Positions 13,881 through 25,501 of a DNA stretch of 64,000 nt are shown piece by piece. The notes under the pieces were generated by a model. The model was not told where the DNA came from. It worked only from the letters and a program-made list of their open reading frames with translations, and did no database searches. Source of the stretch: Tubulanus polymorphus (taxonomy: Eukaryota; Animalia; Nemertea). The stretch is from the NCBI RefSeq assembly GCF_964204645.1, contig NC_134034.1, forward strand, positions 2,418,072-2,482,071, given 5' to 3'. A program made the translations under genes and the position numbers. Position 1 is the first letter of the stretch; every line of letters starts with the position of its first letter.

Positions 13881-14564
13881 TACCAGTTAGTTGTGATTAG
13901 TGTTTGCTGGAAGTATCTAATGCCCTTAAATGGACTTGAGCAATGTCCATAAATTTAAATTGAGTGAACTGTAAAAAAGTATTTCCCAAAAATTGTATTG
14001 ATCAGTTGTTGAGAAAAATGCGCGGCGAGAGATACGTGTCATTCAGTGTTTCATACCCGTGTGACCCGCGCACTTAAACAACTAACCCATTGACCACATC
14101 GGTCTTAATCCGTGTAGACACGTTACCAGTCAAGATCAACCACCCGATCCATGAAATCAGAGCCGCCGAGAGGCTGAGAGATCGATGACGAACTGTGAGA
14201 TAGACTACACCTGGGATTCAACCGCGTTTATCGTCGTCGTACGAACTTATTATGTTATTTTTTGGACGGCCCGATTCAATTATTCAGTAGTCAACGAAAC
14301 CACGCGCGATATCGGATTGTCCCGACATCGCATTCATAATTCAGCGCTACGTTCGATGTTGTTCGTACGGATTTGATCTCGGGGGTAAAAACGTATGGAT
14401 GTGGCAGGCTCCGATATTCCGTTCGGGGTAGAGCCTTTGAAAGTGCGTTTACTATTCGTCAGCAGTCGATATTAAGGGACTTGGAGTCCGAGTAAGATTA
14501 TTCTAATCCGCATTAGATTGAGAGCTGGGTTCATGGCATCATTAAGTCTTATCTGTGGACGAAA

Positions 14565-15130
14565 ATCAAACCGACGCACATGTTGAACCGGGTCCAGAGT
14601 CAAAATAAACCCACGCAACTGTGGAACTGGGTGCACAGTCAAATTAAACCCACACAACTGTGGAACTGGGTCCAGAGTCAAATTAAACCCACACAACCCT
14701 GGAAATGGGTTTAGAGTCAAATTAAACCCACACAACTGTGGTACTGGATCCAGAGTCAAATTAAACCCACACAACCCTGGAAATGGGTTTAGAGTCAAAT
14801 TAAACCCACACAACTGTGGTACTGGATCCAGAGTCAAATTAAACCCACACAACCCTGGAACTGGGTTCAGAGTCAAATTAAAACCACACAACTGTGGTAC
14901 TGGATCCAGAGTCAAATTAAACCCACACAACCCTGGAACTGGGTTCAGAGTCAAATTAAAACCACACAACTGTGGTACTGGATCCAGAGTCAAATTAAAC
15001 CCACACAACCCTGGAACTGGGTTCAGAGTCAAATTAAAACCACACAACTGTGGTACTGGATCCAGAGTCAAATTAAACCCACACAACCCTGGAACTGGGT
15101 CCAGAGTCAAATGAAACCCACACAACTGTG
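14565..15130 (-). repeat. 39-bp minisatellite array with 78-bp dimeric higher-order repeat
   Basis: About 14 units alternating CCCTGGAA and CTGTGGTA variants; explains the 217-aa repetitive ORF. Confidence 0.95.
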
Positions 15131-15828
15131 ATACTCGATGCAGAGTACAATCAAAATGGACAATCTAAGTAAATCCACTAAACGATTCTTTCTTTCAATA
15201 TCTTTCGTCGAAATTCTTGCCAGTGTTTTTAACAAACGAAAAAAAAATTCCACAGGCCATTTCCCGAGCAACAAAAACAAACAGAATCGATAACGGAAAG
15301 AAAAGCGATTCCGTACTTTTTCTTTCATCATCGCTGTGCGTTGCGAAATACAGCGGTAAGGCTCGTCACCTCAGGCGTCGAGGTATCGCTGATCGTTGCA
15401 GGTAACTTTTTCACGGACAATTATCAATCGCGAAATTGACGTTAGCGCATGTGGCAATGTTCGCACACTTAGGGGCCGCATTTGTTAATTAGACAACCCT
15501 GACCGCTTTTAGCCGAGAAAGCACTGAAAGATTCCGTCCACATACACACGTCACAGCCCTGAGAAGCTTGGCAAACGTCATCCACTTGGTTGAGCTTAGA
15601 TATGTTTTGTTGTGCGATATTTTCGTCGCGGAAACTCATGCCATTATACGGATTATTTTTCAAGAGTAATATTGTCTAAAGAATTGTCATGAATTCTAGA
15701 AATCGAAAGACCGACTGCACATTAGCCACGCCGTGGTGTCCAGTTGCTCAAAACACGTCTGCTGCCCTAAGTGGATATTGTGACAATCGAAATTTGTGTT
15801 CATCGACTCGTAAACTCTAAACAACCTT

Positions 15829-16026
15829 GAGTAAAATCCCACGACGAATGAATTGATCTAAAAAGTTTATCTACAGTATTAGAAACAGTTGTCTAGTCTA
15901 AATCTTGCCAAATAAGTACTTCATTTTTGACTGAAGAAGGCTGGCAGCAAACACACGAAATACTTCTAATATTTTATAGCCTAAATTTTCATTTCGGATC
16001 AATTCATTTATTGTGGGATTTTGCTC
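15829..16026 (+). mobile_element. Palindromic Penelope-like relic
   Basis: Inverted arms GAGTAAAATCCCACGACGAATGAATTGATC / GATCAATTCATTTATTGTGGGATTTTGCTC with internal CTGAAGAAGGCT...CGAAA. Confidence 0.5.
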
Positions 16027-16654
16027 ATCGTTTTATCACTAATATTGTGATCCATAACTGACTCGTCTAAGCAACCTTGAGATACTGGCCTCTGGTGGCT
16101 AGTAGGTTTTATATGCTCCGTTGAAATCTATATCTGGGTAGTGCAACGTCGTATACGTACCGAAGCTACCACCCGATCAGTACACAAATATATACGCGGA
16201 AAACGATAAAAACGACTTCTGAATTCCGTTTACTTTACTTGATGAGATTTTATTGCACGAACACGACGAACGCGATCGGCCAAACGGATTTATCGATTTT
16301 CGAGGCGCTAGCTAGATCCCAATCGTGGAAGAAAGTCGTCCGTTCCAGAATATTTTCTATCGGGTCTGATCGAATCATCGGCGAAGAAGCCACAGTCATC
16401 GGTCAATACTCGAAATATCTTATATAAACATCGAGTTTTTTTTTTCTGGCGTTTTGTTCATTTTCGGTTATTGAGTTTTATCGATGCTGTATAAAGCCGT
16501 AGTAAGCCGAACGCTCGAGTTGGAATACACCATCGAATAAATTGGACAAAATAAGATCGATGGCGACCGCGTCGAACGGAAGAATCAGCGCGGCTGAGTG
16601 TTTCAAATGTGTTCCCCACAAAAAGAATGCGGAAACTATTTCGTGAAATTTCGA

Positions 16655-16725
16655 GCACTCCCTGGGGATCGAACCCGGGTCTCGTACATAGAAAGAAAGC
16701 TCGATAGCAGGTAGACCAGTATTAC
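16655..16725 (-). pseudogene. Degenerate tRNA pseudogene or SINE head
   Basis: Minus strand shows TGGTCTACCTGCTA...CCGGGTTCGATCCCCAGG (T-arm/B-box); the other stems are broken. Confidence 0.5.
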
Positions 16726-17664
16726 AAACAGTTCACTCGGCATATTGTTGTACTGCTCGATGTCGTATTTTGTGTAACATTTTCATTTTAGACAAATAAC
16801 TAAAAACAGCCCGTTGTAGCTGCTTTGTGGCTATATTTGATACACTTTTCAAAAAGTTTGTTTCTTATAAGTGCCACTGCCTAAAAAAACCTGCTCAAGT
16901 TGCTTTGCGGCTATATTTGATAAATATTCCTGACGCTCGTCTCCACTTGTGCAACCGTGCAGAAAATTCACCGTCGCAACATTATGGCAACATTCTTCAA
17001 ATTGTCTTCGGGTGTAACCATACATAACATGTTCCGCTGCTTTCCGATGTTCAAATCAAAGTATAGTCTAGTTAAGACTGTATCGTATTGAAAGGTCCGC
17101 GATTCATTTCATTCGTTTTTATGACACTATCATTCCCGCGTCATGTCTGACCTAGTTTTTGTGATGAACTGTTCGTACGAAATATCGATCATCCATTTCG
17201 TCGGGTGCGTATAAAAATGGAATGGTCCGGGTACAGTACGACATGCAATTATAAGCTGCTGTCAAACCGGTTGTTAACCCTCGGAAAATTCATTATATCG
17301 ATTCATATTACGTACCCGGTGAAGAAATTGCTCGCAAAAGCGCCACCCACCAAGGCCGTTTTCCTGTTCGGTCGAAAATCGGTGTACTGATCGACGCGCT
17401 TTAACTAACGTATTTCTAACGATTACGTAGGAGCAGCAGGATTCGCGCGATGCCGGAAATATGTGAAGTCATAGCGAACTGTGTACAGAGATGATTTTAC
17501 GAAGCGACTTCTTCTTACTCGGTGACTGGAAAATGATGAGAAAGAGATCGAAGTAGATACATCGGATCCGTAATTGTGGGGGTATCAATCCGTTGCATAG
17601 AACCGCTTCTTACCGATATTTGATACCATACTATTTTCCGTTATTAGACATTAAGGATTAGGTA

Positions 17665-18080
17665 TTCACACTCTTGCAAAAACTGATCATCCAGTACATC
17701 ACCTGAGACATCTTAAATTGAAACTACAAACATCAGATAATAATATGTTTCATCAGCACACTTTCGGAAGCCGATCGTCCACACTGTACATGTCTTCAAG
17801 ATTTGGCCCCTTACAAGACACATTTTTTACTGAAAATGAACTATAAACATCCGACATTTTGAACATATTTTCAGCACAAAAACTGTTCCACACTTCGCTT
17901 GTGTTCAGAACTTCACCTGAGACATTTTATTTGAAAATGAACGACACATACCGTACATTAGACGTCTTATCGGCCCATTTTCAAAAACTGATCGTTCAAA
18001 CTTGACGCCAGGACTGTGGGTGTGATTCAATTGAAAATGAGCTTCAAACACCAGACATTTTTGTTTATGACCGCACGCTT
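17665..18080 (+). repeat. ~109-bp dispersed tandem repeat
   Basis: CTTCACCTGAGACATT...GAAAATGAACTACAAACACCAGACATT units; the same family occurs at 30775-30975 and 54035-54375. Confidence 0.8.
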
Positions 18081-18689
18081 CACATTAAAAAGTCGTTTTA
18101 AGGATAGGTTTAAGATAGAGTATCGAAACTACACTACCCACAGAATTTGAGATATCCATGAAGCCAAATAAGGCGTTGGTCACTTTAAAGTGTTATCTGG
18201 CCATTTATCTGCAATTGTCGATATTTTCAAAACTGCTAATGGTTTTAATTCAGTCCCATTTTCAACAAGTAACATTATCAAGTCTCAATGAGAAGGCAAT
18301 TATCAAAGCTTAGACAACGTTTGAATCCGCCCCTGGGCCATCAACGGGTGCATTTTAATTAATGGTATTCGTCTTATTCGAAACGATACAAAGCGATGTC
18401 AAGTATTGCCTTTTACTTTTATCTACTAGATATCAAACATTCTCGACGCAGTTTCAAAGACCGCGAGGTTTCTCAGCGAACGAACGTCAAATCTAATTTC
18501 GATCCGATCCTCGCATTTTCAGTTTGTCATTAAGAGATTTGGCAGGTTTTGAATGTGCTTATGAAAATACAATGAATAAATATCTGTAGGCGTTAGACAA
18601 TGTGCCTACACCTGCGGCAAGTGAGGAACAACTGGTCCACGGCGACTTCGGGCTAGAGTTTCTCCGATATTTCAATGATGAACCGAAAA

Positions 18690-18955
18690 CGGTCTGCGGC
18701 AATCGAATATCCACCAGGTGTCACAAGTAGTAAATCAGTCTTCCTTGCTGCAATGTATTCTATACTCTTACCAGGACTTGGCAAGTTCGGCTCAACCAGG
18801 TGTCACTTGACGTGTGCAGTAGGACATCAACTAGTGCGGCAATAGAGGAATCCACTTGTGGCAAGTGAGGATCCACCAGGTGTCACTAGTGCGCAATAGG
18901 ACATCAACGACTGCGGCGAAGTAGAATTCCACTTGTGGCAAGTGAGGATCCACAA
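18690..18955 (+). repeat. 77-bp minisatellite cluster
   Basis: About 3 units. Confidence 0.85.
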
Positions 18956-19572
18956 GTTCCCTAAAAAAGTCAAACTCAAATTTTTGTTTTGATTGCTATA
19001 GGTTGACAATGAGGACAACAATTAAAACTTAACTGTTTTAAGCTTAAACTTGTTCGCGAAACCCTATCGTGTTTGTAAGTAGGTCTTCCGAGATTCGATT
19101 TCTTCAACATTACGATGAGGATCCAGCGAAAGCTACCGTGGCAATCGAGGACGAATCCACTAACCGAGACTGATTGATGACTAATGTTTGAGGAGCGACT
19201 GAAATTAAATTTGTCTCATTCGTTCCCTCGTTTATTACTCAAAATGATGACAATTTTTCAGTCGAATGACTTTTTCATGGGCAGATTTTTCATCTTCGGT
19301 AAATTGCGGCGTTGGCGGTAACAGATTCTCTCTGTGGCCAGCAGTTGACTCGATCTACCTGCGATAAATAATGTAATATGGCCCTCAGGCAGCCAATTGA
19401 TATAATTCACAACCGAGCACACCGCTAGGACAAATTGTGCATTGTCCATCGCTTCGTTAGCGGGTAGAAAAAAAGTCAATTTGCAAACTGTGAATAACAT
19501 CGTTGCCGTTTAGGCTCCACCGAATAGCAATCATCGGGTAGCAGAATAGAAACTGCAACAACACCAGCTATG

Positions 19573-20165
19573 TCACCAGATGGCGTGACTTACACTTGGT
19601 TTCGCTTGACTAAAGAAAAAAGTTCATTTTCAACTTTGATATGGAATATCCCCTATTGCCCAATTAGTACACATCCTACTGTACACCAGTGACACCTAGT
19701 GGGCCCCAGCTTGCCACAAGTGGAATCCTCTATTGCCGCAGTATTAGATGTCCTACGTTACACTAGTGACACCTAGTGGGCCCCAGCTTGCCACAAGTGG
19801 AGTCCTCTATTGCCGCAGTAGTTGATATCCTACGGCACACTAGCGACACCTGGTGGATCATTACTTGCCACAGGTTGAATCCTCAATTGCCGCAGTAGTT
19901 GATATCCTACGACACATCAGCGACACCTGGTGGATCATTACTTGCCACAGGTTGAATCCTCATTTGTCGCAGTAGACGATATCCTACGGCACGCTAGCGA
20001 CACCTGGTGGATCATTACTTGCCACAGGTTGAATCCTCAATTGCCGCAGTAGTTGATATTCTACGGCACACTAGCGACACCTGGTGGATCATTACTTGCC
20101 ACCGGTTGATCCTCAATTGTCGCAGTAGACGATATCCTACGGCACGCTAGCGACACCAGGTGGAT
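19573..20165 (-). repeat. 77-bp array (~7 units) attached to the CACCAGATGGCG end of the parent element
   Basis: CACCAGATGGCGTG...AGTTCATTTTCAA is followed directly by 77-bp units from ~19650. Confidence 0.85.
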
Positions 20166-20980
20166 ATCCCCGTCCATCCCCACAGTAGCTTTACCAGATT
20201 TTCAATGAAGTTCAGAAAATTGAAGATTGGCGAAAACCAAATTTCAACTAGTGCCACCTGGTGGATTTTCACTTGGCTGCGCGTTATTTACGAGAGTGTC
20301 GTAGTAGCGTTGGCGGGTATCCAAGTATTTAATGGTACAATAATAGGGCTGGATTTTATCATATGAAATATACATTGTTTATAAAGCAGATTTGATAGAT
20401 CTTATTCCAAAGCGCAATGACAAGCTTTTAAGCCGTATCTTTATTTATGAAAACACCGTTGGCTCCTTTATATAAAGCGACCTTTGATAAGCGAGATATT
20501 ATATGAATAAAATACAACTTCGAATGGAGTATGTGAATACTAAAACCGTAAAAACCAAGCGGCTGGAATCGTTATCAAGAACGCTTTTCGTGATCTAGCG
20601 ACGTTTATTGAAACGTCGTTCATTAAATTACTACTGATTGGAAATCGTCGCGGATTATTGCCTATTTGAGTTAACGATCACTTAGCGGTTGTCAACAAGC
20701 CGAACACGCAAATGACAACATCAAACCGCGAAGCGCCGCGACAGAAATATTGCTACTACATGTACCGACAGTGCGGTGCTGCTGCTCCACACCCCTTGCA
20801 AGGAGGTGTGACGGAGAAATGCGGAATTCACGAATCAAATATATCGGTACTCGTTCTAGAATTAGGCTGGTAAAATGAATTGTTAAAGTTGCCAGGCCTC
20901 GACACTGTGGAACTTGATTTAGAGTCAAATAAAAACCCACACAACAGTGGAACTGTATCCGGATTCGAATGGGATACCGG

Positions 20981-21275
20981 CAACGCTACAGTGGCAGGCG
21001 AGGATTCAAAGATAATCCGCCAGGATCGCTAGTGGCACTGGCTTACCGCGCTTCAATTTCCATTAAATTTGAATCAACTTTTCTGATTAGTAAAATCAAT
21101 TTTCAGTGATAGACCCGCGATACCACAAACTGAGCGACAAAGCGGATCTCATATCTATTCGATGGCTTCTTTGATAATTCTACGGATTCTTAGGCGAGAA
21201 ATCGAGTTCAAATTGCTTTGAAAATGAACTGATTTTCACTACGAATGACCCAGTGTTTTGTGGCGCCATCTGGTG
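20981..21275 (+). mobile_element. ~300-bp non-autonomous element, unexpanded parent of the 77-bp family
   Basis: CAACGCTACAGTGGCAGGCGAGGATTC...CCGCCAGGATCGCTAGTG...GAAAATGAACTG...GCGCCATCTGGTG; homologous to 44385-44665 and 56641-56822. Confidence 0.55.
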
Positions 21276-22037
21276 AGTGTCGGTATACCATTAGACCCAC
21301 GCCACAGCGGAACTGGGTCAATAGTCGAATTGAGCTAGATTAGACCGTACCTGGGAAATTAAAGCACTTTACAATCCAGAGATCGAATCTAACCAAGTGC
21401 AATGCGTTCCTGTTAGGGAGTTTATCTCCAATTTCACATAATTTTCACACCGCACAACCGCGGAACTGGATGCGTTCGGAAGAATATCATATTTTGTTGT
21501 TGTTTTATTTCTCGCCTGGTTTTCCGTTGTAGCGCGGACGTTATTTACGATTCAAGCCTCAGTTGATGATAGAACGTGACAGCGCTATCTCATACAGTAA
21601 ATCAACTGGTGTTATTTTTTGTTCTCGGCGCCTACGCATATTCCAGCAGATGTACTGGTGATTTCGTGTCGTCGCCCGGTGTAATTCGATATTGGGCACT
21701 ATTGTTTACCGATCCTTAAGGCGGTCGAACGGCTGCAAACCGGGTGGACCTTCACTTTCCACAGTAATCGCTAGACTGGTTCAAAGAACGAAGGTCGACT
21801 TCAGGTAAAAAAGGGCCTCGTTATCTCTGTTGAATGTCATATTTTGACCATCCTTTTCCTGAGAGCAGGTAATTGGTATTTTCAAAGGCGATATGCTCCA
21901 AAACTAGCCCATTAGGAACAACTTAGAATTTTTCAATCCAGATTCCATGGCGAATTCAAACTTTGATTGACGGGAGGAAGAGCTTCTGCACTAACCACTG
22001 TAACAAGCCAGCTGAATAAGACACACACATCATCAGC

Positions 22038-22198
22038 TGCACACTAGTGACACCTGGTGGATCCTCACCTGCCACAAGTGGAATCCTCTATTTCCGTGGA
22101 AGTTGATGCCCCAGCGCACACTAGTGACACCTGGTGGATCCTCGCTTGCCACAAGTGTAATCCTATATTGCCGCAGTAATCGATGTCCTCCTGCACAT
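22038..22198 (-). repeat. 77-bp minisatellite cluster
   Basis: 2 units. Confidence 0.85.
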
Positions 22199-22906
22199 TT
22201 AAGGTGGCTCGTCGCTTACCACCATTGGAATTAGCGTAGCCGGTTCCCTGCGTACAGCTTGTCGTTAGTGGCAAAGACAATCAAATACGTATCCGTTACT
22301 AGTTTGTCACAGTTTACGATTGCTGTGACATCAAAACGGCAAAGTTTTAGATTGACAGTTTTCCGCTGACAATAAGTCTAGGAGCGGCCGATTTTTGTAA
22401 TACGATTCTTCGAATAAAAAAACAAAAGAATCTTTTTTTTTCTTTGCTGTAAACGAGAACGAACTACGCGTGAAATCCCGAGAGGGTTTGCGACGATTGA
22501 ATCTAGCTGTCAAAATAGATAACCTCGGGACTGAGTTAAAGCAATTAGCCGCTTTCACATCCGCCATTAAGAACTCAACGTTGCCCATTACCGTCTAATC
22601 GGTTGTCTGAAAACATAAATCTCTCCGCCGAAACGCAAAAATAGCTAGATTATCCGGCGAACGAAACGACGAACGCGCGAGAGTGGGCCATATTTTACGC
22701 GGCTAATCTCGGATAGCGGGAAGAATACGGCGCTAACTGGAATAGAAACATTGTCATGTTGTAATCGTGATCCGCGTTGGCGGTTGCCAGATACTCACTG
22801 TTGACTGCGACTGTTGATTAAGAATTTGTAGTTGATTTATAATGCTGCACGCAATTTCTGACCGCAAGCTATCCGTCAAAATGATACTCATTGAGTCCAT
22901 GGGATG

Positions 22907-23237
22907 AGGAGAGAGAGAGGGAGAGGGAGAGAGAGAGGGAGAGGTAGAGGGAGAGGGAGAGGGAGAGGGAGAGGGAGAGGGAGAGGGAGAGGGAGAGGGA
23001 GAGGGAGAGGGAGAGGGAGAGGGAGAGGGAGAGGGAGAGGGAGAGGGAGAGGGAGAGGGAGAGGGAGAGGGAGAGAGGGAGAGGGAGAGGGAGAGGGAGT
23101 TGGAGAGGGAGAGGGAGAGGGAGAGGGAGGGGGAGGGGGAGGGGGAGAGGGAGAGGGAGAGGGAGAGGGAGACGGAGACGGAGAGAGGGGAGAGGGAGAC
23201 GGAGACGGAGAGAGTGAGAGGGGAGAGGGAGAGGGAA
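22907..23237. repeat. (GGGAGA)n polypurine microsatellite
   Basis: Direct reading. Confidence 0.97.
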
Positions 23238-23814
23238 GCTTTTTCAAAACCGTGTCCTTATCTGTTGTAGTGAATTTTGTACCGATATCTTTAAAAAAAT
23301 ATATTTGGAAAATCTCAGGGGTTCTTCCGTAGCATAAAACTTTTTGCTAGGAATTAATGTGTTAGCTTTACCCCCCCCCCCTCCCCTCCCCCTCCCCCCT
23401 CCATTGTAGCTCGCAGACGAATCTCCTCGTCTAAAAAACCACGAAACGAGCAGTGAAACACTCGTCACTCGTCGCGCACTCGGCGACATCGGAGTGTCCA
23501 CGAGTGTGCGCCCGTCGTCGTATATACGAACAAACGTCCTCTGTCACCTAATCGAGGTCAGGGTTATAATGGAGCCGCTTTTTGCGAAGAATCAGGAATT
23601 CACAGCACGCGATAAGCAACGCTGATAAGTGCTTGGTAAGTAACAATAAAAACGTATCGCGCCGTTAGAGGCGGGCTAACTGGAGAGGACTTTGTCACCA
23701 ATTAAACCAATAAGACAATACATAAGGGTATTGTAAATAGTGGCTGTTATTTGTGTATCTCTGCCTAGACCCTAAACTCCCCTCGTCAACTGCGCGAACG
23801 TCACTGTCGCTACC

Positions 23815-24225
23815 AATCAAATTGGTTAACGGTTTACTTGAATAAACATTCCGACCAATCAACGAACTATTTCCTGTCTCGTAGTATCAGGTGACTGCAG
23901 AATTTTCTTCGAACAGTTTTTACTGGCGCCAATCGTCACGATCCGCGGTTAACGGTTTATTTGAACTTTGAATATAATCTCGACCAATCAAGGAAAGGCT
24001 TCAGATCTCATCTGCCCGTAGTTAGTCAGTATCACGCGACTGCGATATTTTATTCAAATAATTTTGCGACCGGTTAACGGTTTATTTGAATTTTTAATAT
24101 TTCGACCAATCAACGAAAGCCTTCAGAGCTCATCCGCTTATAGTAAGTCCGCATCACGCAACAGCGAAATTTTCTGTAACTTTCTTTAACGGTTAATTGA
24201 ATTTTGAATATTTCGACCTATCAGA
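23815..24225 (+). repeat. Degenerate ~120-bp tandem repeat (4 units) with GTTAACGGTT and GACCAATCA motifs
   Basis: Motif starts at about 23824, 23947, 24072 and 24186. Confidence 0.75.
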
Positions 24226-25384
24226 GACGCTGAGAGGTCTTGTTGTCCTCCCTCACTCTTGCTACCCTCTCTAGCTCTTGCTATTTTCCCTAGCTCTTGC
24301 TATCCTTACTCTCGCTGTTTGCCCTAACATGAAAATGCTGATGTTCTTCTAATTGTTATATTAATGTAAAATGTTTACGGTTTGTGAATACTGTTGGTAA
24401 ATTTCAATATCTGAACATCTCGACCCGAAAGGGTGTATTTAGTACAATCACGATTGATAGAACACTATATCCGTGTTGATGCGATGTAATGTTGACACGA
24501 GAGAATCCCACAAATCCCACAATTATAACGAAAAAATCCGAAAATGTAACTTCGAGATAGTAGTTTATTTCATTTCATGTATTTAGTACAATAAAGAGAT
24601 TATTGAATTGAATTGAATTAAATTGAATTATCCCCATGCACTCATCCCTCTTTGTGAGCCGATTGAAATGTGCAATCGGCTGGAAATATTGTTCTCGTAA
24701 ATTCTCGTAATTTGTCGTAAAATCGCGCGCCCGATCAGAGATTTGGTTTTTACAAGAGGCGGTTTGTCTATCCGATGATCGGAAAATATGGTCTTTACAG
24801 AAACCAACAGATTCTCTTGCAATAAACAACTATAATTCACACATCGTGATGATAACTACGCCGCCGATGACGTCATCGTATGGAGGAATCCCGATAAACA
24901 ACCGATAAACCACGTGATGATTGGCGTTTATGTTTAGACCGTTGTCATAAATCTGTTGAAATTCGTCAATCTTCTTCAAATCTCGCACAACTTAATAATC
25001 AATTTCACATAAAGATTCCCGCGCGCAGACTCCGGCGTCAATTCGATAGTTACACAGGCTCTCGAGTCAACGGTTAACAGTTCCTCGGATTCGGGTGTCA
25101 TTTCTTAAGTCATTTCTGGTATCAATTCCTCAGTTCCATAGACTCTGGAGTCAATTATACAGTTTCAAGGACTTCGGGTCATCTTTACGGTTCCACGGAA
25201 TCTGGCAGCAGTACACAATTCCACGCACGGACCCCTGATCAGTTCCACATTTCTTATGCCGTATTCCATATTCATTTCTTCTGCTCCGGCAGAAACTTGA
25301 GTCGGTTTGTTGAACTGGCCCAAAGAGCCGGTTCGATAGTCGACGGTTAAGTCCACAATTATGGTCTTAAATCTTAATAAGCTG

Positions 25385-25501
25385 GGGCCGGTTGCATAGT
25401 CATGGCTTAGACTTAAAACAAGTCTTAGACCAACTAACAACTTAAGACTGGTCTTAAGATCTAAGACCACTTTTTGACTTAAGTCACTGTGCAACTGGCC
25501 C
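25385..25501. mobile_element. Harbinger-like MITE (family 1)
   Basis: TIRs GGGCCGGTTGCATAGT / ACTGTGCAACTGGCCC with CTG...CTG target duplication; appears to sit inside an older related copy (~25328-25570). Confidence 0.85.

Noticed and set aside
14472-15125. 217-aa LCGFNLTLDPVP repeat ORF and similar ORFs at 4125, 38439 and 62435
   Set aside because: Translation of the 39-bp dispersed minisatellite.
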